NCBI GenBank assembly: GCA_001643675.2 | Contig: LSRY02000066.1 | Span: 186,001-250,000 of the forward strand | DNA length: 64,000 nt | Direction: 5' to 3' | Source of the DNA: Monocercomonoides exilis PA203 | Taxonomy: Eukaryota; Protista; Preaxostyla | Shown here: piece by piece, positions 1 through 13,257 of the stretch | Layout of the letters: every line of letters begins with the position of its first letter | How positions within the stretch are numbered: the first letter of the stretch is position 1 | The notes under the pieces: model-generated | The model's database searches: none | Told to the model about the DNA's origin: nothing | Seen by the model: only the letters and a program-made list of their open reading frames with translations | Made by a program: the position numbers and the translations under genes

Positions 1-2907
1 TTGTTATTGCTTCTGATTGAAGAAGGAGCAGATGAAGGAGAAGAAGAAGATGATGATGATGATGATGCTTTAGACGGAGATGAGGGAGTGGCAGATGTTG
101 CAGGAGATGCAGCAGGAGATGATGACAAAGCAGAAGGAGAAGAGGCAGGGGCAGAAGCTGGATACATTTCAGCCACTGACAGCATTGTTTGTGGTGGGAG
201 CGTTTCAATCATTGCATAAGACACGTCTGAATCCATCGGAGAAATATAATAAGCAGGAAACAGAGATGAAGAGGGATACATTGAAGCACTCAAATAGTCA
301 GCATTTGAATGTCTGTGAAGGCTTCTGCTTCTGTGATGGCTGTGCCGATGCGATTGCCGATCAAAAGAAGAAGAAGAAGAAGGTGAAGAGGAGGAGGAAT
401 AAAAGGAATAAGAAGAGGAAGATGAAGAAGATGAAGAAGAAGGAGAAGGAGAATATGAAGAAGAATGTCTGCGCCATTCAGATGAGCTGCTGCGAGAGTG
501 CGAAAAGAAGTGAGCATCAGTCGAATGACTGAAGTGACTGTGTCTGTGTTTGTGCCCCTGTTTCTGTCTCTGTCCATTTCTGCTTCCACTTCTATTTCTA
601 TTTCTATTTCCTCTTTTGTGTCTGTGACTGTGTTTGTGTTTGTGTTTGTGAGTGTAATCTTCATCACTACAGCTGCTGATGCTGTGAGAGTGATACTTCG
701 ATTGTGCAAAGAATGAAAATGCCTCTCTGTCTGAAGAGAGGGATGACAAAGAAGGACTTCGCAAATGTCTGTTTGAATGAGAATGGTGATGATGAGTGTG
801 TCTTCTCTGATGTTTTCTGCCTTTGTGTTTGTTGTTGTGATGTCTGTGAGAAGAGGATGGATGAGGCGGAATGAATGGAACAGACTCAGATTCTGATGAG
901 GACCCACTGACGTGGGCAAAATGGCGTCTTGATAACACATTCACAGGAGAAAGAGAAGAAGATGATGAGGAAGAGGAGGAGGAGGAGGAAGAGGAAGAAG
1001 ATGAAGAAGCAGAATGTGGAGTGATATTCGAAGACAATGCCTTGATGATCGACATGTCTGCTGCCTCCAGCACTTTCAGCATTCTCTCTTTCCTTTCGAG
1101 GCTGCTTTGTGTCTGCTCTTCTTTCTCTTTCACATACAACTTCGCACAAAACTCGCTGAAAAGATCCATCAAAATAGAATCTCCTAATTCTTCATCACTT
1201 TCACTACTGTCGAGGCTGTCTTTCTCCTCTTTGCATTCTTCTTCTGATGACTCTTCCTTCTGCTCTTTATCATCTTCATCCTTGGCTTCTGTTGCTTTCT
1301 CTTTCTCTTTCTCTTTCTCTTTCTCTTCGTTATTTCCTCTGTCATTTCCTTTTCTTTTCTCGCTTTTTGCTCCTCTGCTTTCCTTCTTTTTTTGATCTTT
1401 TTGTTTCTTCTCATCCTTCTTGCCCTTCCTCTTTCCTTTCCCATGGCGGTTCTTGATGTATGCCAATATCTTTCTATTGCTCCACCCAGCTGTCTTCCAT
1501 CTGCTGTCCTCTTTCATCAGCCTTTTCGCCTCTTCAAACAGAGTCCCCGACGAAATCTGCCCTTTGCCTGCATATTCGCTGCACATCTTGTAGAAGCGAG
1601 CATAGATCACGCTCTTCCACGCATACAGCTTGTTTTGTGCTGACTTCTTTGTGTGTGTGATGTGCATGTTGTACAGCATCTGCCTCTCCTTCATCGTCCG
1701 CACCTGAACATACCGCTTGTCAGACACAACAAGCGGAATCAGCTCTTCAAACGGAGGCGCCTCAAACAAGACATCGATTTCGTCTTCTTCTGCAGGAGAT
1801 CTCTGCATTTTGGGGTGAATGGAATAATACTGCTCAATCGCTTCAGCAAGAAGCTCAGTGAAATCATTGTACTTTTCATACTGCTGCTTCTTATGTTCGC
1901 TTTTTGATTTTTCTGACGAGGAAGATGAACTGCTGCGGCGTGCTGCAGAAGATGTAGGAGGAAGAGGGGGAGGGGCAGAAGAAGAGGCATGTGAGTCAGT
2001 CGATGTGTTTGCTCTTCGAGAAATCGGTTTGTGCTCGTTTCTCTCATCCGCTTTGGGCTCTTCAGCATTAGTGCCATTCTCGTGAGATACAAGATTTTCA
2101 GTGTGTTGACTTTGGAGTGCAGAAGCTGATGATTCTTCAGAGGAAGGCAGAGCATCCGAAATTTGGATTGGAAGTTCCTCAAGATGAACGTGAAGTGTAT
2201 CAGATGAAGCATTATTTCCATTGTTGAAAACTGGAAAGACAGGGAAAACAGAGATTTCTGTGAGGGGAAAAAGAGATTTTATATTGAAAAGCATTTTAAA
2301 AAGAATTCAATATTTTTTAAAGGATGTTATTCAAATTAAAATTCAACAATTTTTGATTAATTTAATTATGAAGTTACAAAAAACCCAAACCTGAACCATT
2401 AGTATGCTCTATCACTTCGCGGAGGTACAGTTCTTGTTGGGTGTAAATATTAGGATTTAAGGGAGATAAAAGCTCGTGAAAAAAAAGAGGGCGAAGAATT
2501 TGTCGAGTTTTTGTTTTTGATTTTTGTTGACATTTTGTAAGTTTATGCTTATAATGTGGATGGTTTTTTCGATAGTTCTCAAGTTTGATGCGTATCTTAG
2601 GTGGCAGTTCCCACCGAGATTCTTGCGTTTGAATGTTAACGTGGTAAATCCTTCCTTCCATGTTTGTATATTCTCGCCAAGGTCCCTGTATTTGTAGTTT
2701 TATTAAGAATGATTCATATTTGAAAATACAAACGATTTATACCAATATTTCTCTTTCTTCTTTTGTGTACAGTTCAAGAGGTCTGTCAAAGAACGATCTT
2801 CTTGATAAAAAATGATAATAAATTGTTCTTCCATTAATTGTCTGTGAAATCCAGAACATATCATTCGAGTTCTGGTGAACATTATAATATTTTGAATTAT
2901 ACATCAT
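1..2907 (-). CDS. Prp40/TCERG1-like WW + FF domain protein (multi-exon, 3' end runs off the window)
   Basis: Manual translation gives two WW domains (FWISQTINGRTIYYHFLSRRSFFDRP and GPWREYTNMEGRIYHVNIQTQESRWELP) joined by a GT-AG intron. A long exon below ~2260, absent from the ORF track, carries FF-like repeats (FTELL...FEELIPLVVSDKRY...ERQMLY and FYKMCSEY...FEEAKRLMKEDSRW). Confidence 0.75.
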
Positions 2908-3231
2908 TCAATAAATAAATTTTTCCAAAAGCAAAACTTCGATAAAACAATTCAAATTATCTCAATAAACTCAAACATCTTTTTTATTTGGCATTGTGTG
3001 GAATTGATAATGTGTAGTAGTGTTCTTCAAAATGAAATATAAACGAAAACAATGGTTGGTTTGAATTTGACAGTGGAAAATGCAAATGTCTATAATGGTT
3101 GTCCCATATTAAAAATAATCATTAGTTACGAATGATTTTGTTGATAACGATGAAATACGCTGGAATTTTTATTATTTAAAAAATAAAATAAATATATATA
3201 ACATTTAAATTGTTTTGCAATTACTGTTCAA

Positions 3232-3735
3232 ATGGAACGATTTTTAAATGTATTTGTTGAGAATCGTTGCGATGAGCCTCTTCTTGGACTTAATCTTGTT
3301 TCAAAACATGGAGATATTTCAGTTAGTGACGAAGAGAAACCAATAACTGTTCCGCCGCATAGCAGAGTTTTGGTTACAAAATTTTCAGCAGGGATTGGGA
3401 GTGAAAAAGGAATTAAAGGAAAGGCTCGATTTTCATGCGGTCCTCATGATGAACGTGTTGTAAAAATGAAATGGAAAGTGGGTGGCAAGCATGGAGAAAA
3501 TAGATATAAAGTTATTTCTTCATCAGATATGTTCCGTGGACTTACACCAGTGGAAGAGCATGATGGACCAAATTCAAATGTCACTTTTGTTGTTGAAGCT
3601 ACTGAATTATATAGTAAGCCATCCAATGAAGCCGACGAGCGTGCGCAATCATCGGTCTCGCAACATCAGCAACAAGAAAAACATCAATCCGTTAATTCTT
3701 CAAATCCTCAAGCGGCAGGTGGGATATCTGCTTAA
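3232..3735 (+). CDS. Intronless aegerolysin/Cry34/ET79-like beta-sandwich protein
   Basis: Pattern R-x-L-x-V-x-V-E-N...L...HG...P-x-T-V-P-P...G-x-x-G-x-A-x-F...V-x-M-x-W...G-E-N-x-Y...NVTFVVE resembles aegerolysin-type domains. Q-rich tail. Confidence 0.5.
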   Translation: MERFLNVFVENRCDEPLLGLNLVSKHGDISVSDEEKPITVPPHSRVLVTKFSAGIGSEKGIKGKARFSCGPHDERVVKMKWKVGGKHGENRYKVISSSDMFRGLTPVEEHDGPNSNVTFVVEATELYSKPSNEADERAQSSVSQHQQQEKHQSVNSSNPQAAGGISA

Positions 3736-4231
3736 TGCATTTAATTATTCATAAAAAAGGAAAAGAATTTAGTTACACGTTTTACTGTTTCATCTGAAAT
3801 TTTATTAGCTAATTTTAAAAAAAAGAATATAATACATATTGAACACTTTTTTTTAACTTTTGATCGTTTTGTTGAACAGATGAAATGAGTAAAAAGGAAA
3901 AGGAAAAAAATTTAAAAAGGATCTGTTTTAAATAAGCTCTCATCAAATGATTCAAATGATTTTTTTCTTTTTTGGTAATTTTTGTGCGGAAAAACAAAAA
4001 AAAAATCATTTCAACAAAAATTCCACAACATGATTTTTGAGTTTAAGTTTTAAAAAAATGAAAAATAAAATAGGAATAAACAATTATACCACAAATTTCT
4101 GAAGGTATAACACGGATATAAAAATATATTATTAGTTAAAGGAATGAAAAACAACTCATCTCGATTAGTATCTCCATCATGCATTTCATTTTGAACTGTC
4201 ATTTATTCGCAACAACCTTTCCCACAGCTCA

Positions 4232-6066
4232 TCACAATGCCGGATTTGACCATCGTGAGCATTTAGGGAACTTCAGTGTGCCTTTGTCCTTGAGCGATCC
4301 TTCTTTCCATTCGCCTTCAAATGTGATGCCAGTAACAAATGTCAGTATGCCCATGCCGTGCTTCCGATCATTCAGCCATTCTCCTTCATATGTGAGCTCT
4401 GGTGAAGTAAATATCCCTTTTCCTTCTCTCTATATAACATTTTCCAATTGTTTCATAAATAAATAAAATAAAAATTATTTTTTGATTTCAAATTATTCAT
4501 AAAAAAAATTTGATAAAAAATATTCACTTCAATGACTTTTACAAAAATAAGACAAAAAAAGAAACATGAACTCATTTTGATTCAGCAAACCTTATCATTG
4601 ACAAAATGGCCCACATAACTTGTTGTGTCGTTGTATGTCATTGTACCGTGGCCATTCATCATTCCATTCTGAAATTCTCCTTCGTAAATCCACTTTCCTT
4701 CATTCCTCAATTTTCCTTTGCCGCTGTACTTTCCATCAGCAAAGGAACCTTCATATACACGCCCATCGCTGTATGTGAAGACACCTTCTCCTTCTATTTT
4801 CGTTGTTTCAGTAAACAATTGAAAATATTATTGTTTTATTTAAAGAATTCGAAATACCGAAAAACATGAAATGAAAATCCATACCAATTTTGTCATCTTT
4901 GAAATCTCCGCTGAAATGATCGCCATTTCCATATCGCATTTCCCCGTGTCCATTCTATTGAAAGGAATTATGCAAAAAGCAAATAGAAATAAGAAAATTA
5001 ATTGCAGTATTATTTCAATCAGCATTTCAAAAGAAAAAACAAATAGGATTAGAAAAGAAGATTTCCTTTAAAAATTTGTTGATGGCCATTCAATGAAAAT
5101 TGAATATTTGAAACATTTATTGAGATTTCATTCTTTTCGAAAGACTGCACACTTTTTTCCCTGAATACCATTTGCCATTGTATTGTGAACCATCAGTGTA
5201 ATTATAAACACCTTCCCCACTAATCTCATCATCTTCCCACTCTCCATCATATGAACTTCCATCTGGGAACCTGCACTTTCCTTTGCCTTCTCTTCTTCCT
5301 GCGCAATATATTCCAATCATAACATTTTTGAGTAATATTTGAAAATTTCATTTTCAGTTTTAATTTTTTTGCAAACAATCATGGAGAAATACTTTGAAAA
5401 CTTAACGAAAATAATACCATTCTTAAACTCGCCTTCGTAAACTTCTTCTTTTTCGCCTTCATTTTCTGGTGGAATTGTAAGTTTACCTTTTCCATGTCTA
5501 GAATAGAGTTCATTCAATTAACTTTCAACGAATTTTTTTTAAGATTTCACAAAGCATACGGTTTCAAATTTAAAACTTCTCCTTCATATCTCCCTTCATC
5601 TTTATCAATAATTATTCCAGATCCTGTGAATTCGTTTTCCTGAAAATATTTTTTAGAAAAACAATATTAAAAATTAATTGAAGCACACAATCCAATCTCC
5701 ATCATATGTTATATTCCCTTTCGTATATACTCCTTTTCCATGTCTTTTTCCTTCGACCACTTCCCCTGTGTATTGTGCAACTTCGGGTCCATCTGAAAAA
5801 TATGAATAAAAAAACGAAGCTCATGAAGCAACCAAACCTTGCTTGTATATCCATTTTCCCTTTCCATTTGGCTTATCTTCAGACCAATTTCCTTCATATA
5901 TTTCTCCTGATGGCCACACACACTTTCCTTGACCATTTCTTTGCCCTTTGACCATAGATCCAGTATATATTTCTCCCGTTGGGAACTGCATTGTTCCATA
6001 GCCTTCTGGAAGTCCATCAACAAAGGGAATGTTAGTTCGAAAATTAGATTCCTGTTTTGTTGACAT
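4232..6066 (-). CDS. MORN-repeat protein (multi-exon)
   Basis: Many YEGEW-x-x-(G/D)-x-x-x-G-x-G repeats across ORF pieces 5821-6156, 5317-5517, 5117-5320 and 4582-4818, plus a last exon at ~4232-4430. Start MSTKQES. Confidence 0.9.
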
Positions 6067-7537
6067 TTTGTCAAAATCTAAATTTTTAGCACATATAATT
6101 TTTTCTTTTTCAATTTTTTCTTTATTGGAGAAAGTTTTCTCCATAGAAATAACCATTGATTTGTTTCTTTTAATTCTTCTTTTAACTGTTTGTATGTTTC
6201 ATCTCATTGTGAAAAAACGCCCATGATTAATACTTGGCATCCTTTTTTTTTTTTTTTTGAATAAATACGATATTTTTAAAGAAATAGATGAAATATATTT
6301 TTAAAGGATGTTATTCTGATCATCACTGTTAAAATGTAGTGAGATGAATTGAAAAGAACCAAAATGGAATCGTCTTGGAAACTGTTTAAGATTTATTTTG
6401 TTTTTAGGGAAAAGTGAGAACAATAAAGAAGGTGAAAGAGCAAAAGCAAACGAAGGAAAGAGAAAGAAGTGAATGAAAATAAGAAAGTTCGAAAAACACG
6501 AGAAAAATGCAACAAATGGAACAGCATTGGAGAATAGACAGAGTGTTCAGAAGAAAGCGAGAAGAACAATATGAACGATTTTGTTTGGCTTCTCGAGTCA
6601 TATGCGATGAAGGTGATTGCGATGTGAAAAATGATGCAAAGATGGAAAATCTGTAGCTTTCATGCAATTGCTCTGTTTGTGGAATGACACTGAAGAAGAA
6701 TGGGAGTTGTTCGCTACTTTTCTTCATACGATCTGTTTAATGGCGTCAAAGGGGGAACTGGAGCATTTGAGGATTAAAAGCTGAAGAAGATATATGGAGA
6801 TGTTGATCACTTTGCTGGTGAAGAAAAGAAGTTCCCGAAATTGATGCAGGCACTCTTTTCTGAAAAGTTATCATCTGCTTAGAATACATCGACGTAGCCA
6901 TCTGAAACAAATTTTCAAACAATGTTTTCTTCTACTTTTATTTCTTCTCTTTATGATCTATTCATTCTTCTTCTCCTTCTTTCGCTCCTTCAACTATTTC
7001 TTCTTCATTTTTTTTTTTTTTCTTCTTCCTTTTCTTCCTGTTCCTCTTTAACTTCTTCAGCTTCTTCATCTTATTTGACTATTTTTTTCACATCAGAACT
7101 TGTTCCTGTTTTATTTTTGATGAAAATTATCAACATCAAAATGTGTTTCCTCTGTTTTTCAACAAGCACATCAGTCAAACCAAATGATATTTGATATGTT
7201 ATTGTTGATATTGATTTTGAAGAAAATAACACCTATTTGTTCGTCATTGAAGCAACTTCGGATAATGACAACTTATCACAGTTGATCATAATATGTTTTG
7301 AATCGATTTTTTCATTGTTGTTGTATATTTGATGATAAATATCATTCATTAAGGTTTTAAAAAATGTGATATTTTTTGTCATAAGGCCACTTTTAGGGTA
7401 TCCAAATGTCTTCATTAATAACGCTTTATTAAGATACGAATCATTTTCATTCGTTTTATGCATAAATTCATATACATAATAACATAAAAAAAAGTGTTTT
7501 AAAAAATTACTTATAAATTAGAAAAAATGAATAAATA

Positions 7538-8680
7538 TAGGGTGGTATTTTTAATTTTATTTAAAAATTTTGATATGGTTTAAAAATTTTTGCGATATAA
7601 TTAATCTAAAAAATATTCACCATTTTGAACTGTGATAAATTCCAATCGCTTAATCCAACTATCAAAGGCACGAATAATCATGTCTGAAGATGTTGAATAA
7701 AGAAATTTTCTTATATCTATTTCCAATTCTTCAAAATGAGAAATATTTTTCCCTTTCAGAGCCATATTTTTGTAGCCGAAGAGGAAAGAATCACATGGGG
7801 CAACATCAGGAGAATAAGGAGGATGAGGGAGAATATTTGAATGATGCTCCTCCGCAAAGATCTTAGATATTGCAGCTGTGTACGGACGAGCATTATCGAA
7901 ATGAATAAAGTAATTTTTAGGAGAAACGGAAGAAAGGTCTTAGTGGATTTGGATGATGGACTTTAATATCGAATTTACGAAATATTCTGTATTCATTTTT
8001 GTTTTTTCTGGCAGAATATTGAGAAAAAACAACCCATGGACTGAAATGATAATCGAATACCAGAATTTCTTATCTGAATAAGTGTAATTTGCTGAGGTTG
8101 ATTCTTCAGATTATTCTTTTCTCCATTCGCATTCCAAATTATTACTTTTGATGAAAAAGGATTCATCTCCTGTTATCAGCCCTTCAAAATTTTTTATCTG
8201 AAAATCTCGCAGTTTCTCCAATAATTGCTAGCCAGTTTGAACGCGGATTTTTTTCTGATCCTCATTCAGTGCGTACGGTACCCACCTAATTTTGTTAGAA
8301 TGAAATTGTTATTTATCATGAAGAATACTTAAAATAGTTGTTTTTGCAACACTAAATTGTTCTGACAACGCTCTGGAGCTAATATGAGGATTTTCTTCCA
8401 CTGCTTGTTGTATTTTCTTCATCAACACTTCATTTGTTGGCCTGCCGCGACTATAATGTCTCCTGTCAATTTCTTCTCGCCTTTGAATACTAATGATCCA
8501 TGAACAATTCGTTCTGATATCCTGAAGTTTTAAACCATACACAATTTGTTGTTTTTCATATATTGTTCGGCATTCATTCCAATCAAAGTGCAGAACCCTG
8601 TAATATCAAATAGTTTTTGATAATTCATTTTTTATTTACGTATTTTTAATTCTTTGTGCAAAATATACAGGACCACTCTA
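7538..8680 (-). mobile_element. Degenerate Tc1/mariner element (DD34D transposase pseudogene)
   Basis: HTH (VEENPHISSRALSEQFSVAKTTI), WVPYAL, LITGDESF and HFDNARPY...HPPYSPDVAPCDSFLF with 34 residues between D2 and D3. Stops and frameshifts present. Weak ends TAGGGTGGT / TAGAGTGGT. Confidence 0.9.
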
Positions 8681-8699
8681 TTATATAAGAGTGATCCAT

Positions 8700-9790
8700 A
8701 ATTTGACATGATAGAATCTCAAAAATGCAAAAAGAAATCTATTTCATCAATAATTCGTATATTTTCAGACTTTCATTCAACCTGAAAATGGTTCTTCATA
8801 AATGTGATGAACAATCAAAATGTAACTTGTCCAAAATGTGCTCGTTATATGATATTTTGTAAAAAAATAAACAAATGAAAAAATTTTCAAATGTGAAGAG
8901 TACTCAGCCGAACGTTCAGAATCAAAGAGCAATGTTTTTTTCTGATAGAACATTAAATTGAATCAAATTCTTTTCAATATTTCACATGTTGTGGATAGGC
9001 TTGTCAGTCATTCGAATTCGTCTGATCACAGATTTCAACAAATCTTCAATAGGATATTGGGTGAGTGTTATTAGAACAGTTGCAACAGAACTGATCAACA
9101 GACAAAAAATTTCTCTTGATAGTGAAGAAGTTATTGTTCAAATTGAAGAGGCAATATGGAGGAGGAGGAAGAAACAGAAATGGATTTTTGGAGCTGTTGA
9201 GAAAAAAAGCGGCAAAATGGAAGCAAAAAAACAAATTCACATTGTTCCAAACAGAAGCAGAAAAACATTGATTTCAATTATTGAAAAATATAACAAAAAG
9301 AAAACAGAAATACAAAATGATGAGTTTAAAATCTTCAATCACCTAAAAGAAATCGGTTTCATTCACAAAACTGTTTGTCACAAACGAAACTGTGTCGATC
9401 CAGATTCTGAAGCTTGAACAAACAAAATAAAAGGTATTTGGAGCTATGCAAATTTATTTATTCCTTCTCGTAGTGTCGTTAAAAAAATATTTTCCCGATT
9501 GCTTATTTTTTATTTTTTTATTTTTATTTTTATTTTTATTTTTATTTTTATTTTTATTTTTATTTTTATTTTTATTTTTATTTTTATTTTTATTTTTATT
9601 TTTTTTGATTAGAAAAAGAAAACTTTTCTATTTTGAACAGTTAATATTGGATACATCTCGATCTGATGAAATTTTGGAAAAAAAAGGCAGAAATGAAATG
9701 AAACAATGTATTTTGCATGATAATGATAATAATACTGATGACACTGATGAAACGGAAAATGAAATCTGTGATGATAAGTTGATTAAATGA
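8700..9790 (+). mobile_element. Merlin (IS1595/ISXO2-like) transposase pseudogene, copy 1
   Basis: CPKC zinc knuckle, VQIEEAIWRRRK, WIFGAVEK, VPNRSRKTLISII, HKTVCHKRNCVDPDS, TNKIKGIWS and an acidic tail. Disrupted. Confidence 0.85.
9503..9606. repeat. (TTTTTA)n microsatellite inside Merlin copy 1
   Basis: Direct tandem hexamer array. Confidence 0.95.
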
Positions 9791-10307
9791 CATGAAAGAG
9801 GAGAAAAAAAGAAAACATAAAGAAAGCGAATACGACGTTCTAGATATATATGACATTTCACCGAATATTGATATTGACGATGTTTCAGCTTCTTCTTCAG
9901 AAACATCTCAATAAAAAGTCGGAGGTTGTGGATCTGCTTCAGAATGGAAAGAAGATTGAACAGTGAAATTTCCAAAATTGACATTTTTTGATCACTTTTC
10001 TATTTAACGGTTCACTTCATATTCAATTATTGATTCAAGTCAAATACATGATCATAAACATTTTTGAAAACTATTTATCAGGTGCTTTAATAATATCCAA
10101 GTCAAATTTCAAAAAAATTTGATATATGGAAAAATAAATAGGCATTCCAAAAGAAGCCTCTTGCCAATTTTTTGTGTTATGAACATAACTTTTTTATTTA
10201 AATACACAAAAAAGATAAATTTTTTCAATGTCATGTGGCATTACAAAAGCCTGATTGTAAACGAAAATTTTGAAACAAGAAGTGCTTTATATATTCATAA
10301 ATACATC

Positions 10308-11015
10308 ATTTATTATTCAAATTTGGTCAACTAATTATTCAAAATTAATAAAATACAGTATTTTTAAAAAAATTCTTTTTTGGTGAAAAATTTGTTTTTG
10401 GCTGAATGTTAGAAAGTGATTAAAATATTATATCATTTTATTATTCATTAAAGGCATGAGAAATTGTACCTCGAATATTATTATTAGTGAATAAACATGA
10501 AATTTTCTGATTTTTCAGAAAAAATCATCATCATTGAAATCTGATAGTTTTCAAATTAATTCTACTCACATTGTTGTATTATGAATAATTGAATCTTGAA
10601 ATGTCATTTGAAATAAAAGACCGAAAGATAAACAATAAATAATAAAAGATGAATTCAGAAAATGCATTCATGAATTTGTTCAGTTCTGAAATTTTTTTGT
10701 TTGTAAATTGATACAAAATATTTTCTTGATTCAATTATTCATAATACAACAATGTGAGTAGAATTAATTTGAAAACTATCAGATTTCAATGATGATGATT
10801 TTTTCTGAAAAATCAGAAAATTTCATGTTTATTCACTAATAATAATATTCGAGGTACAATTTCTCATGCCTTTAATGAATAATAAAATGATATAATATTT
10901 TAATCACTTTCTAACATTCAGCCAAAAACAAATTTTTCACCAAAAAAGAATTTTTTTAAAAATACTGTATTTTATTAATTTTGAATAATTAGTTGACCAA
11001 ATTTGAATAATAAAT
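10308..11015. repeat. Long inverted repeat: 288-bp arms (10308-10595 / 10728-11015), 132-bp spacer
   Basis: Arms read as exact reverse complements by eye. Confidence 0.95.
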
Positions 11016-11372
11016 AGTGTATCACTTATTTCAAAAATTTATTGATTTTCCAATTATTTTGAATACAACGACAAGTCAACGTCTGCATTAATTAAAAAAT
11101 GTTATAATTTGAAGCATTGATATAAATAAATTGTTTTCAATCAAAAAATATGATATTTTTTTATTTGAAATGTAATTTTCATAAAAAAGTTTAATTGACT
11201 CTTATATTTGAAAATGTTATTCATAATGTTCAAAATGAAATAACAGTTTTTCCTAAGTCACTGATTGAAATTTTATCTCTCAATTATGTGGAGAAATCAT
11301 CCATGTGATTGTGATAGTTTTTTAATTTTATTTATTTATTCATTATATCTTATTGATTTTTGTTTTATAAAA

Positions 11373-11483
11373 TATTGTTTGTGTTAATGATGGAGGATAT
11401 TTTCAATAACTGTGAATAGTTGTTGAGATTTCTCTACTATCCACAGTTATTGAAAGAGTCCTTCATTATAAACACAAACAATA
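11373..11483. repeat. Short imperfect palindrome (~48-bp arms), MITE-like
   Basis: tattgtttgtgttaatgatggaggatattttcaataactgtgaatagt versus the reverse complement tattgtttgtgtttataatgaaggactctttcaataactgtggatagt. Confidence 0.8.
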
Positions 11484-11975
11484 ATATTTATCAAATGTGT
11501 CATTATATTTCAAATCATAACATTATCCGGTGTGTTGATAATCCAAAGGTTAATCATCATTAACCAAGTAATTTTCATCCAAAATTTGCATGCAAGCCAA
11601 TTTTTGCAAAAGCCACAGTTTGATACAAAAAAATAGAAGAGGAGTCATTATATGAATCCATCACCTTTAAGTGTTCATTGTGAATATTCAAAACATAAAT
11701 TTAAACAGAAATTTAAAACAGAAATTATTTGATATCAATATGGGTGATTATTTTTCAAATCATAACTTTTTTCGGGGTGTTTGTTCTTCAAAGTTTGTTT
11801 GTCAAAGGGAAGAGATTTTGTATTTAGATGTAAAAAATAATCACAACTATTTTTAAAACTAATGTTTTGGCTCAAATTAAGATGCAGATGTCTCTAATAA
11901 GCCTTTTCATTTTTCAGAATTCATTTGTTAATATTCAAGTGAATTTTTGGAACAGAAAATTTTGATAGAGAAAAT

Positions 11976-12620
11976 ATGATTTCAAAATTAATCACCCATA
12001 TTTATCACTCTTTTAAAAGATCACTAGTGATGAGCTATTTTCGTTTGTTTGATTTGAAAATACAATTTAATCAAAAAGAGGAGCAAAAACTTAAAAAAGG
12101 AACACAAATACTTCTTTCTGCACATGATTTGCTTATCACTTTCTTGGAATGGCTCTCTTCAAGTTCAATGATTACTCAAATATCTTCAATTTCAGGAATA
12201 AAAGAACTAATGATGAGCAAATCCATTCAGGAAGTCCGTCCGCTTTTGCTCAATGTTCTTGATGATATGTTTCAAATTCCTCCACTCCTTCCAATTCCAT
12301 CTCCCGGTCCCTTTTCTAACGTTGCACTCCTCGTTGATGCAACCACTGTCAAAATTGCTTCTCCCCCAATTTTATTCAGTGAACAAAAAGGCCTATTCGA
12401 AGGGCATCATCATGCATACTGCTTAAAATTTGAAGTTGCAACGAGCGCTTGTCCACCCCCCAAAGCCTTGTTCGTATCAGAGGCTGTTGAGTGTGGCAAG
12501 CTTTATATTGAGTTTTTCCAAAAAGGGCTATTCAGATATGTTGATTATCTGCAAAAGGCGATGTCAGAATTATCTCAAAACTAGGTTGATTGTTTCGAAG
12601 AAAGCTTGTCCATGTTTGGC
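11976..12620 (+). mobile_element. PIF/Harbinger/ISL2EU-type (DDE_Tnp_4) transposase relic, copy 1
   Basis: LLVDATTVKI...LFEGHHHAYCLKFEVA...ALFVS matches the D-x-T...SGKH...LK-x-E pattern. Truncated. Confidence 0.7.
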
Positions 12621-13257
12621 GATCTAGGATATGTGTGATTCTTTTTGAAAAGTCACGAATGTTTAATTTTCAAATACTTCAAAAATTTCAAATTATGCAA
12701 AATATTTCGTTAACAAATGTCAAACTTGACTTAAATGAAATTTATTTCTTGATAATGCTATTTAAAACATTCTTGAGAAGATTTGTGAGTGGAAACAGAA
12801 ATATGAGCAAAATATGAAATATAAGATTTATTAGATAATAAAACATTTGTGATTTTTCAAAAAGAATCACCCATACAAAGGACTATTTCCATCCCTGGAA
12901 AAAGAGACACCATCGAAATCAGTGCTTCAAACAATCGAGCGTTATCCTGATTGGAATTAATAAAGAAGTTGGTAATTTTTTCTCATTTCACACATTTTTC
13001 AAAAATACACGATTTCAGAGATATGTATTCATTCGTTTTAAAAATTCTTTGAAACGAAATAAAAATAAATTTGTTATGAAATGATATCTCAAAGAAAAAA
13101 CATCTTAATATTTGAACATGGCGAACTATTTTTATATCAAATTATTCATATCTTCTTCTATTTCTTCAAATTCTTGTTCAATTCTTTTTTACTTCTGAAT
13201 TAAAAAAAAAAAAAAAAAAAAAAACAATCAATCAATAACATATAGGACAAAATATTT

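Noticed and set aside
1-2221. Numerous listed ORFs on both strands
   Set aside because: Shadow ORFs of low-complexity sequence. The real frame is the unlisted minus-strand FF-domain exon.
2314-6316. Shared 19-mer tttttaaaggatgttattc at ~2314 and ~6298
   Set aside because: Only two AT-rich copies with no extended homology.
6340-7463. Coding-like decayed fragments
   Set aside because: Stops in all frames and no family I can recognise.
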